A DNA stretch of 64,000 bases from Gammaproteobacteria bacterium (GTDB lineage Bacteria > Pseudomonadota > Gammaproteobacteria > SZUA-229). Of this stretch, positions 28,235 to 37,926 are shown in pieces. The stretch covers positions 17,681 to 81,680 of the forward strand of contig JAOULC010000002.1 of assembly GCA_029882215.1 (NCBI GenBank), written 5' to 3'. Numbering within the stretch: the stretch's first letter is position 1; each line of letters begins with the position of its first letter. A program made the position numbers and the translations under genes. The notes beneath the pieces were generated by a model, which saw only the letters and a list, made by a program, of their open reading frames with translations, made no database searches and was not told the DNA's origin.

Positions 28235-30898
28235 ATGTCTATACCCAGCAATCTGGTCGATATTGATAATATAGAGACACAAGAGTGGATTGATGCGCTT
28301 GAATCGGTGATTGAAAATGAAGGTGTTGAGCGTGCTCATTATCTATTAGAGCAGATGATTGATAAGGCACGTCGTTCCGGTGCTAACCTGCCATATTCTG
28401 CCAATACTGCCTACGTTAATACGATACCTCCGCATCAGGAACCGGATATGCCGGGTGACCGGGCAATAGAAGCGCGTATTCGTGCCTATATTCGCTGGAA
28501 TGCTGTGGCAATGGTGGTTAAAGCCAATCGCAAGAGCACTGAACTCGGTGGACATATCGCCTCGTTTGCTTCGGCTGCGACCCTATACGATGTGGGTTTT
28601 AATCATTTCTGGCATGCCGCATCTCATGATCATGGTGGTGATCTTGTTTATCAACAGGGACACGCATCCCCCGGTACTTATGCTCGGGCCTTTCTTGAAG
28701 GTCGTTTAAGCACTGATCAGCTGGATAAATTCCGCCAGGAAGTGGATGGTGGTGGTTTGTCATCGTATCCGCACCCATGGTTAATGCCTGACTTCTGGCA
28801 GTTCCCGACGGTTTCAATGGGCCTGGGTCCGATCATGTCGATTTATCAGGCGCGTTTTATGAAATATCTGCAGGATCGCGGTCTGGCTGATACCAAAAAC
28901 CGTAATGTCTGGGCTTTCCTTGGTGATGGTGAAACGGATGAGCCGGAATCACTGGGCGCTATCTCTTTAGCCTCACGTGAAAAATTAGGCAATTTGACCT
29001 GGGTTGTAAACTGTAATCTACAGCGTCTGGATGGCCCGGTTCGCGGTAACGGTAAGATTGTTCAGGAGCTGGAAGCGAACTTCCGCGGTAATGGCTGGAA
29101 AGTTATCAAAGTCATGTGGGGCAGATACTGGGACCCTTTATTAGCCAAAGATACAGACGGCTTATTGCAAAAACGTATGATGGAAGCCGTTGATGGCGAT
29201 TACCAGAATTACAAATCCAAAGACGGTGCATTTGTGCGTGAACATTTCTTTGGAAAATACCCTGAATTAAAAGAAATGGTATCAAAGATGTCCGACGATG
29301 ATATCTGGCGTCTGAATCGTGGCGGACATGATCCGCATAAAGTCTATGCGGCATACAAAATGGCGGCCGAGACTACCGACCGGCCTACCGTTATTCTCGC
29401 GCATACCGTAAAAGGTTACGGCATGGGGCCGGCAGGTGAAGGCCAGATGCGTACTCATTCGCAGAAGAAACTGGCTGAAGATGAAATGATTTATGTGCGT
29501 GATCGTTTTAATATTCCTTTGACGGATGAAGAGGCGGCCGCAGGCACTTATTTCAAACCGGCTGAAGACAGCGATGAAATGAAGTATATGCATGCCCGTC
29601 GTAAAGAGCTCGGCGGTTATTTGCCGGCACGTACGAATGTTGCTGCGCCATTAGAAGTACCCGAATTATCAGTGTTTGAACCCTTGCTGAAAGGCAGTGG
29701 TGATAAAGAAATGTCGACCACAATGGGTTACGTTCGCCTGCTGACATTATTATGTCGCGACAAGAAAATGGGCAAGAACGTTGTACCGATTGTGCCGGAC
29801 GAGGCGCGTACCTTTGGTATGGAAGGCATGTTCCGTCAGCTGGGTATTTATTCTTCTGTGGGTCAGTTGTATACACCGCAGGATAAAGCAGAAATCATGT
29901 TCTACAAGGAAGATAAAACAGGACAAATTCTGGAAGAAGGCATTAACGAAGCCGGAGCGATGTCATCGTGGATTGCGGCAGCGACTGCCTACAGCAACCA
30001 CGGTGTGAATATGGTGCCATTCTATATTTATTATTCAATGTTTGGTTTCCAGCGTATCGGTGATCTGGCATGGGCCGCCGGCGACATGCAGGCACGCGGT
30101 TTCTTAATCGGTGCAACAGCGGGTCGTACAACGCTGGCGGGTGAAGGTTTGCAGCATCAGGATGGTCATGGCCTGGTAACCGCCGGCACCATACCAAATT
30201 GCGTCAGTTATGATCCGACCTTTAATTATGAACTGGCTGTCATCATTCAGGATGGTCTGCGTCGTATGTACGCCGTTCAGGAAAATGTTTTCTATTACGT
30301 CACCACGATGAATGAAAACTACACCCACCCTGCCATGCCAAAAGGTGCGGAAGAAGGCATTATCAAAGGCCTGTATTTATTTAAAGCCGGTGGTAAGAAA
30401 AAGAAAAAAGTTCAGCTGATGGGCTCAGGCACCATCCTGCGTGAAGTGATTTTCGCAGCTGAATTGCTGGAGCAAGACTGGGGCGTTGATGCCGACATCT
30501 GGAGCGCAACCAGTATGAATGAACTGGCACGTCAGGCGCAGGATGCAGAGCGCTGGAATCGTTTGCACCCGCTGGAAGATGCCAGAACAAGCTATGTCGA
30601 ACAGTGTCTGAAAGGACGTCGTGGCCCGGTTATCTGTGCAACGGATTATGTACGCACTTATGCCGATCAGATTCGCAAGTGGGTGCCGGCGAGCTATTCC
30701 GTACTCGGTACTGATGGTTTTGGTCGCAGTGATACCCGAGCGCAATTAAGAAAGCACTTTGAAGTGAATCGTTATTATGTGGTGGTTGCGGCACTGAAAG
30801 CACTGGCAGATGAGGGTGAATTCCCAGCCGGTAAAGTGGCCGAAGCAATTGAAAAGTACGCTATCGATACTGAAAAAACCAACCCGCTGTTTGCCTAA
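28235..30898 (+). CDS. aceE: Pyruvate dehydrogenase E1 component (homodimeric type)
   Basis: The roughly 888 aa protein shows clear AceE similarity throughout, including the thiamine-diphosphate-binding region (GDGETDEPESLGA). The start is taken at the Met13 ATG, which is preceded by AAGAGG. Confidence 0.95.
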   Translation: MSIPSNLVDIDNIETQEWIDALESVIENEGVERAHYLLEQMIDKARRSGANLPYSANTAYVNTIPPHQEPDMPGDRAIEARIRAYIRWNAVAMVVKANRKSTELGGHIASFASAATLYDVGFNHFWHAASHDHGGDLVYQQGHASPGTYARAFLEGRLSTDQLDKFRQEVDGGGLSSYPHPWLMPDFWQFPTVSMGLGPIMSIYQARFMKYLQDRGLADTKNRNVWAFLGDGETDEPESLGAISLASREKLGNLTWVVNCNLQRLDGPVRGNGKIVQELEANFRGNGWKVIKVMWGRYWDPLLAKDTDGLLQKRMMEAVDGDYQNYKSKDGAFVREHFFGKYPELKEMVSKMSDDDIWRLNRGGHDPHKVYAAYKMAAETTDRPTVILAHTVKGYGMGPAGEGQMRTHSQKKLAEDEMIYVRDRFNIPLTDEEAAAGTYFKPAEDSDEMKYMHARRKELGGYLPARTNVAAPLEVPELSVFEPLLKGSGDKEMSTTMGYVRLLTLLCRDKKMGKNVVPIVPDEARTFGMEGMFRQLGIYSSVGQLYTPQDKAEIMFYKEDKTGQILEEGINEAGAMSSWIAAATAYSNHGVNMVPFYIYYSMFGFQRIGDLAWAAGDMQARGFLIGATAGRTTLAGEGLQHQDGHGLVTAGTIPNCVSYDPTFNYELAVIIQDGLRRMYAVQENVFYYVTTMNENYTHPAMPKGAEEGIIKGLYLFKAGGKKKKKVQLMGSGTILREVIFAAELLEQDWGVDADIWSATSMNELARQAQDAERWNRLHPLEDARTSYVEQCLKGRRGPVICATDYVRTYADQIRKWVPASYSVLGTDGFGRSDTRAQLRKHFEVNRYYVVVAALKALADEGEFPAGKVAEAIEKYAIDTEKTNPLFA

Positions 30899-30921
30899 TA
30901 GCCGGGTTAGGAGATAAGAAT

Positions 30922-32220
30922 ATGAGCAAAGAAATACTAGTACCAGATATCGGTGACTTTGATTCAGTTGAAGTCATTGAGCTGTTGGTTTCTGTTGGTG
31001 ACACCGTTGCTGTAGAAGACTCAATTATTACGGTTGAATCAGATAAAGCCTCCATGGAAATTCCATCGCCTGCGGCTGGCGTTATTAAAGAACTTAAAGT
31101 CAATATTGGTGACCATGTGGCTGAAGGCAGTTTAATGATGATCATTGAACCTGCCGATACAATAGCAGTGCCTGAGGCACCGGCTGAAGTAAAAGAGCAG
31201 CCAGCGGCAGAAGAGATAAAGCCCGTTGTTGCCGAACCGGCAGCACCGAAGCCGGCACCGGTTGTTGCAGAAGCGGCCACACTGCCGTCACCAACGGCAA
31301 AAATAGATGAAGTGAGTTTTTCAAAAGCCTATGCCAGCCCGGCGATTCGTAAATTTGCACGCGAGTTAGGTGTTGATTTGGGTTCGGTCGAAGGTTCTGG
31401 TCGTAAAGCGCGCATCACTAAAGAAGATGTTAAAGGCTTTGTGAAAAAAGTGATGTCACAGGGCGGTGCTACTAAAGGTGGTTTAGGCGTCGCACCAATG
31501 CCGGAAATTGATTTCAGTCAGTGGGGTGAAATTGATACCTTACCGCTGAGTAAAATCAATAAACTCACCGGGCAGTTTCTACATCGTAACTGGGTAACGG
31601 TTCCGCATGTCACACAGTTTGATGAAGCAGATATCACTAATCTGGAAGATTTCCGCCAATCAATGGTGGCTGAATACAAAGAGTCCGGTGTCAAAATCAC
31701 CATGCTGGTGTTCTTGATGAAAGCAGTGGTTTCAGCGTTAAAAGCTTATCCGCGCTTTAACAGTTCACTCGATGCAACGGGTGAAAACCTGATCATGAAA
31801 AATTATTTTCATATCGGCATTGCAGTAGCAACAGCAGATGGTCTGGTGGTTCCGGTGGTGCGTGATGTGGACCGTAAATCACTGGTGGAGCTGGCGCAGG
31901 AGCTGGGTGAAATCAGTGTCAAAGCGCGTGACAAAAAACTCAAACCCTCTGATATGCAGGGTGGCTGTTTTACCATCTCAAGTTTAGGCGGTATTGGCGG
32001 CACCAAGTTTACACCGATTGTTAACGCGCCAGAAGTTGCCATTCTGGGTGCTTCGCGCTCAAAAATACAACCGGTCTGGAATGGTAAAGAATTTGAACCG
32101 CGCTTAATTTTACCGCTGTCATTTTCTTATGATCATCGTGTGATTGACGGTGCAGACGGCGCGCGCTTCACTTCATTTTTGAGCCGCGTATTATCTGATA
32201 CACGTCGTCTGTTACTGTAG
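30922..32220 (+). CDS. aceF: Dihydrolipoamide acetyltransferase (E2) with a single lipoyl domain
   Basis: One lipoyl domain (ESDKASMEIPSP), an Ala/Pro linker, an E3-binding domain and a catalytic domain with the DHRVIDGA motif are present. Confidence 0.9.
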   Translation: MSKEILVPDIGDFDSVEVIELLVSVGDTVAVEDSIITVESDKASMEIPSPAAGVIKELKVNIGDHVAEGSLMMIIEPADTIAVPEAPAEVKEQPAAEEIKPVVAEPAAPKPAPVVAEAATLPSPTAKIDEVSFSKAYASPAIRKFARELGVDLGSVEGSGRKARITKEDVKGFVKKVMSQGGATKGGLGVAPMPEIDFSQWGEIDTLPLSKINKLTGQFLHRNWVTVPHVTQFDEADITNLEDFRQSMVAEYKESGVKITMLVFLMKAVVSALKAYPRFNSSLDATGENLIMKNYFHIGIAVATADGLVVPVVRDVDRKSLVELAQELGEISVKARDKKLKPSDMQGGCFTISSLGGIGGTKFTPIVNAPEVAILGASRSKIQPVWNGKEFEPRLILPLSFSYDHRVIDGADGARFTSFLSRVLSDTRRLLL

Positions 32221-32233
32221 CCGGGGAATTAAT

Positions 32234-34006
32234 ATGAGCAATATTATAGATGTACATGTTCCTGATATAGGTGACTTTGATTCAGTAGAAGTTATTGAAG
32301 TACTGGTAAATGTGGGTGACACGCTTCAAGAAGAAGACTCAATCATCACTGTTGAGTCGGATAAGGCATCAATGGAAATCCCGGCGCCACAAGCGGGTGT
32401 GGTGAAAGAAATTTGTGTCGCCGTGGGTGATAAAATCAGTGAAGGTGCGCTGATGATTAAAATGCAAACGGGCGCAGCTGCCAACGAAACTGCAACAGCT
32501 GCCTCGGATGAAACAGAGGGTGCTGAAACGAAAGCGGCTGAGTCGAATGAGCCGGCAGTTGTGGCTCCGCCGCCGGCTGCAAGCTTTTCCGGCGAGGTTG
32601 ATAAGTCGGCACAGGTCGTGGTGCTTGGATCAGGCCCGGGTGGTTACACGGCTGCATTTCGTGCCGCAGACCTTGGTCTGAATGTTATTCTGATTGAAAA
32701 GTATGACAGCATCGGTGGTGTGTGTCTGAACGTGGGTTGTATTCCGTCGAAAGCTTTATTACACACGGCACACATTATTAATGAAGCGGCAGAGTTTGCT
32801 AAGCATGGCGTTACTTTTGGCCAGCCTGAAATTGATATAGATAAAATTCGTGAAAATAAAAACAATGTTATCGGTAAATTAACTGGCGGTTTAAAACAAC
32901 TGGCAAAACAACGTAAAGTCGAAATTGTACATGGCTACGGTAAATTTACCTCAGCCAATACGATTGAAGTAGAAAAAGACGGGCAGAAAACTGTTATTGG
33001 TTTTAAAAATGCCATCATCGCTGCCGGTTCACGCGTCACCAAATTACCGTTTATTCCGTGGGACGACCCGCGGGTAATGGATTCAACCGGTGCCCTGAAT
33101 CTGGCAGATGTTCCCAAGCGTTTATTGGTTGTCGGTGGTGGTATCATCGGACTTGAAATGGCGATGGTTTATGATGCGCTTGGCTCAGAAATAACGGTGG
33201 TTGAATTAGGCTCTGGTTTAATTCCAGGCGCTGATCGCGATATCGTGCGTCCTCTGGAGCGTCGCGTTACAAAGCGTTATAAGAATATTTTCCTGAACAC
33301 AATGGTGACAGCGATTGAGTCAACGGACGAGGGTATGCTTTGTACTTTTGAGGGTAAGAAAGCACCGGCAACTGATACCTTTGATAAAGTATTGGTTGCG
33401 ATTGGCCGTAGTCCAAACGGATTATTAATTGATGCTGACAAGGCCGGTGTAGCGGTTGATGAACGCGGATTTATCAGTGTAGATAAACAGCAAAGAACCA
33501 ATGTTGATCACATCTTTGCAATCGGTGACGTGGTCGGTCAGCCTATGCTGGCGCATAAAGCGACGCATGAAGCAAAAGTGGCGGCCGAAGTTATCTCAGG
33601 CCTGAAATCTTTCTTTGATGCACGTACCATTCCATCGGTATGTTATACCGACCCGGAAGTTTCCTGGATGGGTAAAACAGAAGAGCAGTGTAAAGAAGAA
33701 GGTATTAATTACACTAAAGGTGCTTTTCCGTGGGCAGCCAGTGGCCGTTCACTGTCGATCGGTCGTGATGACGGTATGACAAAAGTATTGCTGGATGAGG
33801 ATCATAGAATTATTGGTGCCGGTATTGTCGGGCCAAATGCAGGTGAGCTTATTGCAGAAGCAACACTGGCACTTGAAATGGGTGCAGATGTGGAGGATCT
33901 TGCGTTAACGATTCACCCGCATCCGACACTGTCGGAAACGCTCAACTTTGCAGCAGAAGTCGCAGAAGGAACCTGTACCGACATCTATATGCCAAAGAAA
34001 AAATAG
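32234..34006 (+). CDS. lpdA: Dihydrolipoyl dehydrogenase (E3) carrying an extra N-terminal lipoyl domain
   Basis: The N-terminal 80 aa are a lipoyl domain nearly identical to that of AceF. Then comes the FAD/NAD disulfide oxidoreductase (GSGPGGYTAAFRAADLG...GGVCLNVGCIPSK). Confidence 0.9.
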   Translation: MSNIIDVHVPDIGDFDSVEVIEVLVNVGDTLQEEDSIITVESDKASMEIPAPQAGVVKEICVAVGDKISEGALMIKMQTGAAANETATAASDETEGAETKAAESNEPAVVAPPPAASFSGEVDKSAQVVVLGSGPGGYTAAFRAADLGLNVILIEKYDSIGGVCLNVGCIPSKALLHTAHIINEAAEFAKHGVTFGQPEIDIDKIRENKNNVIGKLTGGLKQLAKQRKVEIVHGYGKFTSANTIEVEKDGQKTVIGFKNAIIAAGSRVTKLPFIPWDDPRVMDSTGALNLADVPKRLLVVGGGIIGLEMAMVYDALGSEITVVELGSGLIPGADRDIVRPLERRVTKRYKNIFLNTMVTAIESTDEGMLCTFEGKKAPATDTFDKVLVAIGRSPNGLLIDADKAGVAVDERGFISVDKQQRTNVDHIFAIGDVVGQPMLAHKATHEAKVAAEVISGLKSFFDARTIPSVCYTDPEVSWMGKTEEQCKEEGINYTKGAFPWAASGRSLSIGRDDGMTKVLLDEDHRIIGAGIVGPNAGELIAEATLALEMGADVEDLALTIHPHPTLSETLNFAAEVAEGTCTDIYMPKKK

Positions 34007-34025
34007 TATTTTATTACTTGATATT

Positions 34026-34053
34026 AAAAGGCCGCTTTAGCGGCCTTTTTTTT
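34026..34053 (+). terminator. Rho-independent terminator of the pdh operon
   Basis: A GGCCGC-TTTA-GCGGCC hairpin is followed by T8, 20 nt after the lpd stop. Confidence 0.7.
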
Positions 34054-34207
34054 AATTTTGCATTCTGCCCAGCGGCGTGGCGTTTTTATTGACTTCAGTG
34101 ACAAATAAGTTAGCGTGTTTAAAATATTGTGAAGTCTGATACTGGTGTTTATTTAAGCTTTCGCACCGCCGTGACTCTGCGGTGGGTATTGAAAATATTT
34201 TGTTGAA

Positions 34208-34606
34208 ATGACTAAGCTCTGGGTTATCATGTCTCAAGCGGAGGCCGGAATGACAGAAATACAAATAGAGAATAAACCACTGCAAATTCGCCTGAGTCAA
34301 TCGGCAGAAAGAGCTCTGCAGCAGCGAGAATCAGGTTTGTTTGTAGAAATGGAGCTTTATTTTAGTTGCCTGATCAGAAAGCAGGTGTTGTTTCATGAGG
34401 TTCAACGCCAGTCTGATAGCGTAGCGGTAAATGATAAACTAAGCGTGAGCTTTCATCCGGTGGTAACCAGTAGCTGTATGGTTAGTGCTGCTGATGCAGA
34501 GCCTGCGAAAAGCGATTTTGAAATACAGCGCAGAGAATGTTTTATACCCAAATGGTTGTCGATAGATTTCAGCAAGGGGAACTGGCTGGGCGAGTTTGGA
34601 TACTAG
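34208..34606 (+). CDS. Hypothetical protein, about 118-132 aa
   Basis: The ORF has no recognisable motifs. It is kept because it is the first gene in a same-strand run of three envelope proteins. Confidence 0.3.
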   Translation: MTKLWVIMSQAEAGMTEIQIENKPLQIRLSQSAERALQQRESGLFVEMELYFSCLIRKQVLFHEVQRQSDSVAVNDKLSVSFHPVVTSSCMVSAADAEPAKSDFEIQRRECFIPKWLSIDFSKGNWLGEFGY

Positions 34607-34647
34607 TCTGAGCAGCGGATAAATAACTTTAATAGAAAGAGCAAAAA

Positions 34648-35439
34648 ATGAAAAAAATATTTGTATTAATGGCGCTATCGGCTTTCATGCAGGGCTGTAT
34701 GACTAAAGCTGTGGATCTTAAGCAAGATGTGGTCTTTCAGCAGTCCATACCGGTTTGTCAATCAGAAGACGTCTGTAAAAAAATGTGGCAGGCGGCAGGC
34801 GACTGGGTTCACAAATACAGCCCGCAAGGCATTGATATCTATACAGACAACCTGATTGTGTCAGAAGATAGAGAAGTCGGTTCCGATAATATGAATCTTG
34901 AGGTCAGGAAAGTTAAGCAGGCAGACGGCAGCTTTAAAATTATTATCGATAATTTTTGTACCCGCAACTGTGATGCAGAACGACGAAACATGCTGGCGTT
35001 TAATAAAGAACTTATGAATTTTATGACGGTTAAAGAACAGGCACAAAGAGAGGCTGTTTTTGACGAAAACAATGATTTAAAAGAGTGGGTTGTAAAATAT
35101 GAACGGGTAATGAACAGCTTTGACGCAAACTCAGTTTCTGGTTTGTATTCTTTCCCGGTGACTTATATCAATCAGGAAAGTATTACCGTTCTAAGCCAGG
35201 TGGCTGATGTTGTTGCTTATTTAAAAAATTCTAAAGTACAAATGCAGAAACACAATGCTCAATATCTCAGGCTAAATGGATTAAATGTGTATGCGAAAAC
35301 CGGCAGGAGCTCATACATTGGTGTGACGCTGAGACTTTATGATGCTGATAATAGTACGGTGAGTGAGCAGCGGGTCACTTTGCATTTAGTGCGGGTCGAT
35401 AATCATTGGAAAATGATTAGCGCAGGTTTTACTGAGTAA
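34648..35439 (+). CDS. Hypothetical lipoprotein with a C-terminal NTF2/SnoaL-like fold
   Basis: A lipobox is present (LMALSAFMQGC). The C-terminus (HLVRVDNHWKMISAGFTE) is typical of NTF2-like/DUF4440 domains. Confidence 0.45.
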   Translation: MKKIFVLMALSAFMQGCMTKAVDLKQDVVFQQSIPVCQSEDVCKKMWQAAGDWVHKYSPQGIDIYTDNLIVSEDREVGSDNMNLEVRKVKQADGSFKIIIDNFCTRNCDAERRNMLAFNKELMNFMTVKEQAQREAVFDENNDLKEWVVKYERVMNSFDANSVSGLYSFPVTYINQESITVLSQVADVVAYLKNSKVQMQKHNAQYLRLNGLNVYAKTGRSSYIGVTLRLYDADNSTVSEQRVTLHLVRVDNHWKMISAGFTE

Positions 35440-35591
35440 CTTGTTATCCTGATAAGACGTTCGTAAATAGCTGAAAAACGCGCCCAGCATGACGGCATGG
35501 ATGCCTTTAGCGCTTGTTTTCCCGTCGTATCAGGCTTGTTGTAGTATAAATAATTAATAAAGTTTTACAAACCCATGCCGCTATCAGCTGT

Positions 35592-36470
35592 ATGGAACTT
35601 TGTCTGAAAACTACATTTAATCTCAAGACGTGGTGCTTGATGTTGCTCGTTGTCGCCTCGCCGGCACAGGCGTTGCAGCATTATGAGGTTAATATAGAAG
35701 CCGCCAAATGGTCGGTTTCATCTTCTCCGGTTAAATGTGAGCTAAAACAGCAAATACCGGGCTTTGGTAACGCTGTTTTTATGCATTCTGCGGGTGGTGA
35801 ATTATCATTTTTTGTAAAAGTGAGTCAGCCACCGGTTAAAGACTCAATAGCATTGTTGTATTCCAGTCCGCCATACTGGAAGCCCGATATCGTGGCGCGT
35901 GAGATTTCCAGGTCATCTTTAATAAAAAGCAGTACCCCTGTTTACTTTACCCGTGATGTTGCCCTCAGAATGCTTTATGAGCTGGATCAGGGGATGCAGC
36001 CCAGTTTGCATTTTCGTGACTTCGCAGACAGCACAGAAGATGTTTCAGTTGCCGTATCAACCGTTCATTTTCGCGACCACTGGCCGGATTTTGTGAATTG
36101 CCAGACGCGTTTGCTGCCGTTCGGGTTTGATGATGTAAAAAACACTTCAATGATGTTCGATTCCGGCAGTGCGCGTTTAAATAAGGATGCTAAGGAGCTG
36201 CTAGATCGTGTTGCACTATATGTGAAAAATGATAAAACAGTGAAAAAACTCAGAATAACAGGGCACACAGATAGCATCGGATTTCGCTATTTAAACCAGC
36301 TGCTCTCACAAAGACGTGCCAGAGCGGTTAGTAAGTACCTGATATCCAAGGGCGTACCGAAGACAAAGCTCAGTCTTATTGGCAAGGGCGAGGCTAGACC
36401 GCATGTCAGTAATGTGAGCAAAACAGGCAGAAAATTTAACCGCCGGGTGCAGGTTCAGCTGATTCGATAG
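35592..36470 (+). CDS. OmpA-family protein with a unique N-terminal domain (MotY-like architecture)
   Basis: The C-terminal OmpA-like domain is clear (ITGHTDSIGFRYLNQLLSQRRARAVSKYL...NRRVQVQL). The roughly 290 aa length and domain order resemble the flagellar T-ring protein MotY, but I cannot verify the N-domain identity. Confidence 0.55.
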   Translation: MELCLKTTFNLKTWCLMLLVVASPAQALQHYEVNIEAAKWSVSSSPVKCELKQQIPGFGNAVFMHSAGGELSFFVKVSQPPVKDSIALLYSSPPYWKPDIVAREISRSSLIKSSTPVYFTRDVALRMLYELDQGMQPSLHFRDFADSTEDVSVAVSTVHFRDHWPDFVNCQTRLLPFGFDDVKNTSMMFDSGSARLNKDAKELLDRVALYVKNDKTVKKLRITGHTDSIGFRYLNQLLSQRRARAVSKYLISKGVPKTKLSLIGKGEARPHVSNVSKTGRKFNRRVQVQLIR

Positions 36471-36613
36471 ATCTAAATAACGCCATAGTGTCACAATTTC
36501 TATGAGCTCATTGATATTGATCCAATATATACGTGATAGCGCTATATCACGCTGCCTGAGTTCGGTATAATTAAAACTATTCAAATATTCGATATTTTTC
36601 GGGAAAATCACCT

Positions 36614-37822
36614 ATGTCTAAAAAGAAAGTCGTGCTTGCCTATTCGGGCGGTCTGGATACCTCGGTTATTTTAAAGTGGCTGGAAGAAACCTATGATTGC
36701 GAAGTGGTAACGTTTACTGCTGATATTGGTCAGGGTGAAGAAGTAGAACCTGCCCGTGCTAAGGCGCAAGCGATGGGTGTGAAAGAAATCTATATCGAAG
36801 ATTTACGCGAAGAATTTGCCCGTGATTATGTTTACCCGATGTTCCGTGCTAATACCATTTATGAAGGCGAGTACTTACTAGGTACTTCTATTGCCCGGCC
36901 GTTAATTGCTAAGCGTCTGGTTGAAATTGCAAAAGAAGTAGGCGCCTATGCCATATCACACGGCGCGACCGGTAAAGGTAATGACCAGGTGCGTTTTGAA
37001 CTGGGAGCTTATGCCTTATCGCCCGGTATCGAAGTGATTGCACCGTGGCGCGAATGGGATCTGAACTCACGCGAAAAGCTGATGGCTTATTGTGAAGATA
37101 ATAATATTCCGGTTGAGCAAAAGCGCGGTAAAAAATCACCGTACTCAATGGATGCAAACCTGCTGCACATCTCATATGAAGGTGGTCCGTTAGAAGATCC
37201 ATGGACAGAAGCTGAAGAAGATATGTGGCGCTGGAGTGTTTCACCGGAAAATGCACCGGATAAACCAACCTATGTTGAGCTGACCTATGTAAAAGGCGAT
37301 ATCACTGCCATCGATGGTGTCGAAATGTCACCTGCCAGCGTACTTGAAACATTAAATAAAGTCGCCGGTGATAACGGTGTTGGGCGTCTGGATATTGTTG
37401 AAAATCGTTATGTTGGCATGAAGTCACGCGGCTGTTATGAAACACCGGCCGGTACCGTGATGCTGAAAGCGCATCGTGCGATAGAATCTCTGACACTGGA
37501 TCGTGAAGTGGCGCATCTGAAAGATTCCTTAATGCCAAAATATGCCGAGCTGGTTTATAACGGCTACTGGTGGAGCCCTGAGCGTGAAATGATGCAGAAA
37601 ATGATTGATGCGTCACAGGAAAATGTTAACGGTGATGTTCGCGTTAAACTGTATAAAGGCAGTGTCAGCGCAGTGGGTCGTCGTTCAGAAACGGATTCAC
37701 TGTTTGATGAAAAAATTGCGACTTTTGAGGATGATGCCGGTGCATATGATCAGAAGGATGCGGCAGGTTTTATTAAACTGAATGCCTTACGTCTGAGAAT
37801 AGCGGCTAATAAAAGAAAATAA
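36614..37822 (+). CDS. argG: Argininosuccinate synthase
   Basis: The [11 protein letters not shown]-loop and full-length ArgG similarity are present. Confidence 0.95.
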   Translation: MSKKKVVLAYSGGLDTSVILKWLEETYDCEVVTFTADIGQGEEVEPARAKAQAMGVKEIYIEDLREEFARDYVYPMFRANTIYEGEYLLGTSIARPLIAKRLVEIAKEVGAYAISHGATGKGNDQVRFELGAYALSPGIEVIAPWREWDLNSREKLMAYCEDNNIPVEQKRGKKSPYSMDANLLHISYEGGPLEDPWTEAEEDMWRWSVSPENAPDKPTYVELTYVKGDITAIDGVEMSPASVLETLNKVAGDNGVGRLDIVENRYVGMKSRGCYETPAGTVMLKAHRAIESLTLDREVAHLKDSLMPKYAELVYNGYWWSPEREMMQKMIDASQENVNGDVRVKLYKGSVSAVGRRSETDSLFDEKIATFEDDAGAYDQKDAAGFIKLNALRLRIAANKRK

Positions 37823-37926
37823 AACTTAATCACTGCCAGTAGAAAAGCGTGGTAAATACCGCGCTTTTTTATACTTTATAAAAACAAGCCAGTTTTATGA
37901 AATGATTCTGAAATTGTTTATGGAGC

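Noticed and set aside
28346-30848. Numerous 60-110 aa antisense ORFs inside aceE; similar ORFs occur inside htpG, the DUF1501 gene, rpoN and others
   Set aside because: They are embedded in high-confidence genes on the opposite strand and have no motifs, typical of spurious frames in about 45% GC DNA.
30861-31280. A 139 aa minus-strand ORF rich in Ala/Ser/Thr/Gly, antisense to the aceE-aceF junction
   Set aside because: Its low-complexity composition is explained by reading the complement of the Ala/Pro/Glu-rich AceF linker region. It has no start context and lies fully inside well-supported genes.
34052-34300. An 82 aa minus-strand ORF overlapping the pdh terminator and the start of the next hypothetical gene
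   Set aside because: It overlaps a strong terminator hairpin, has no RBS or motifs, and is probably spurious.
36560-36600. ATTCAAATATTCGA upstream of argG, considered as an ARG box (ArgR operator)
   Set aside because: The half-sites are not in the TGAAT-N4-ATTCA inverted arrangement, and the reverse complement gives a 6-nt spacer with a mismatched second half.
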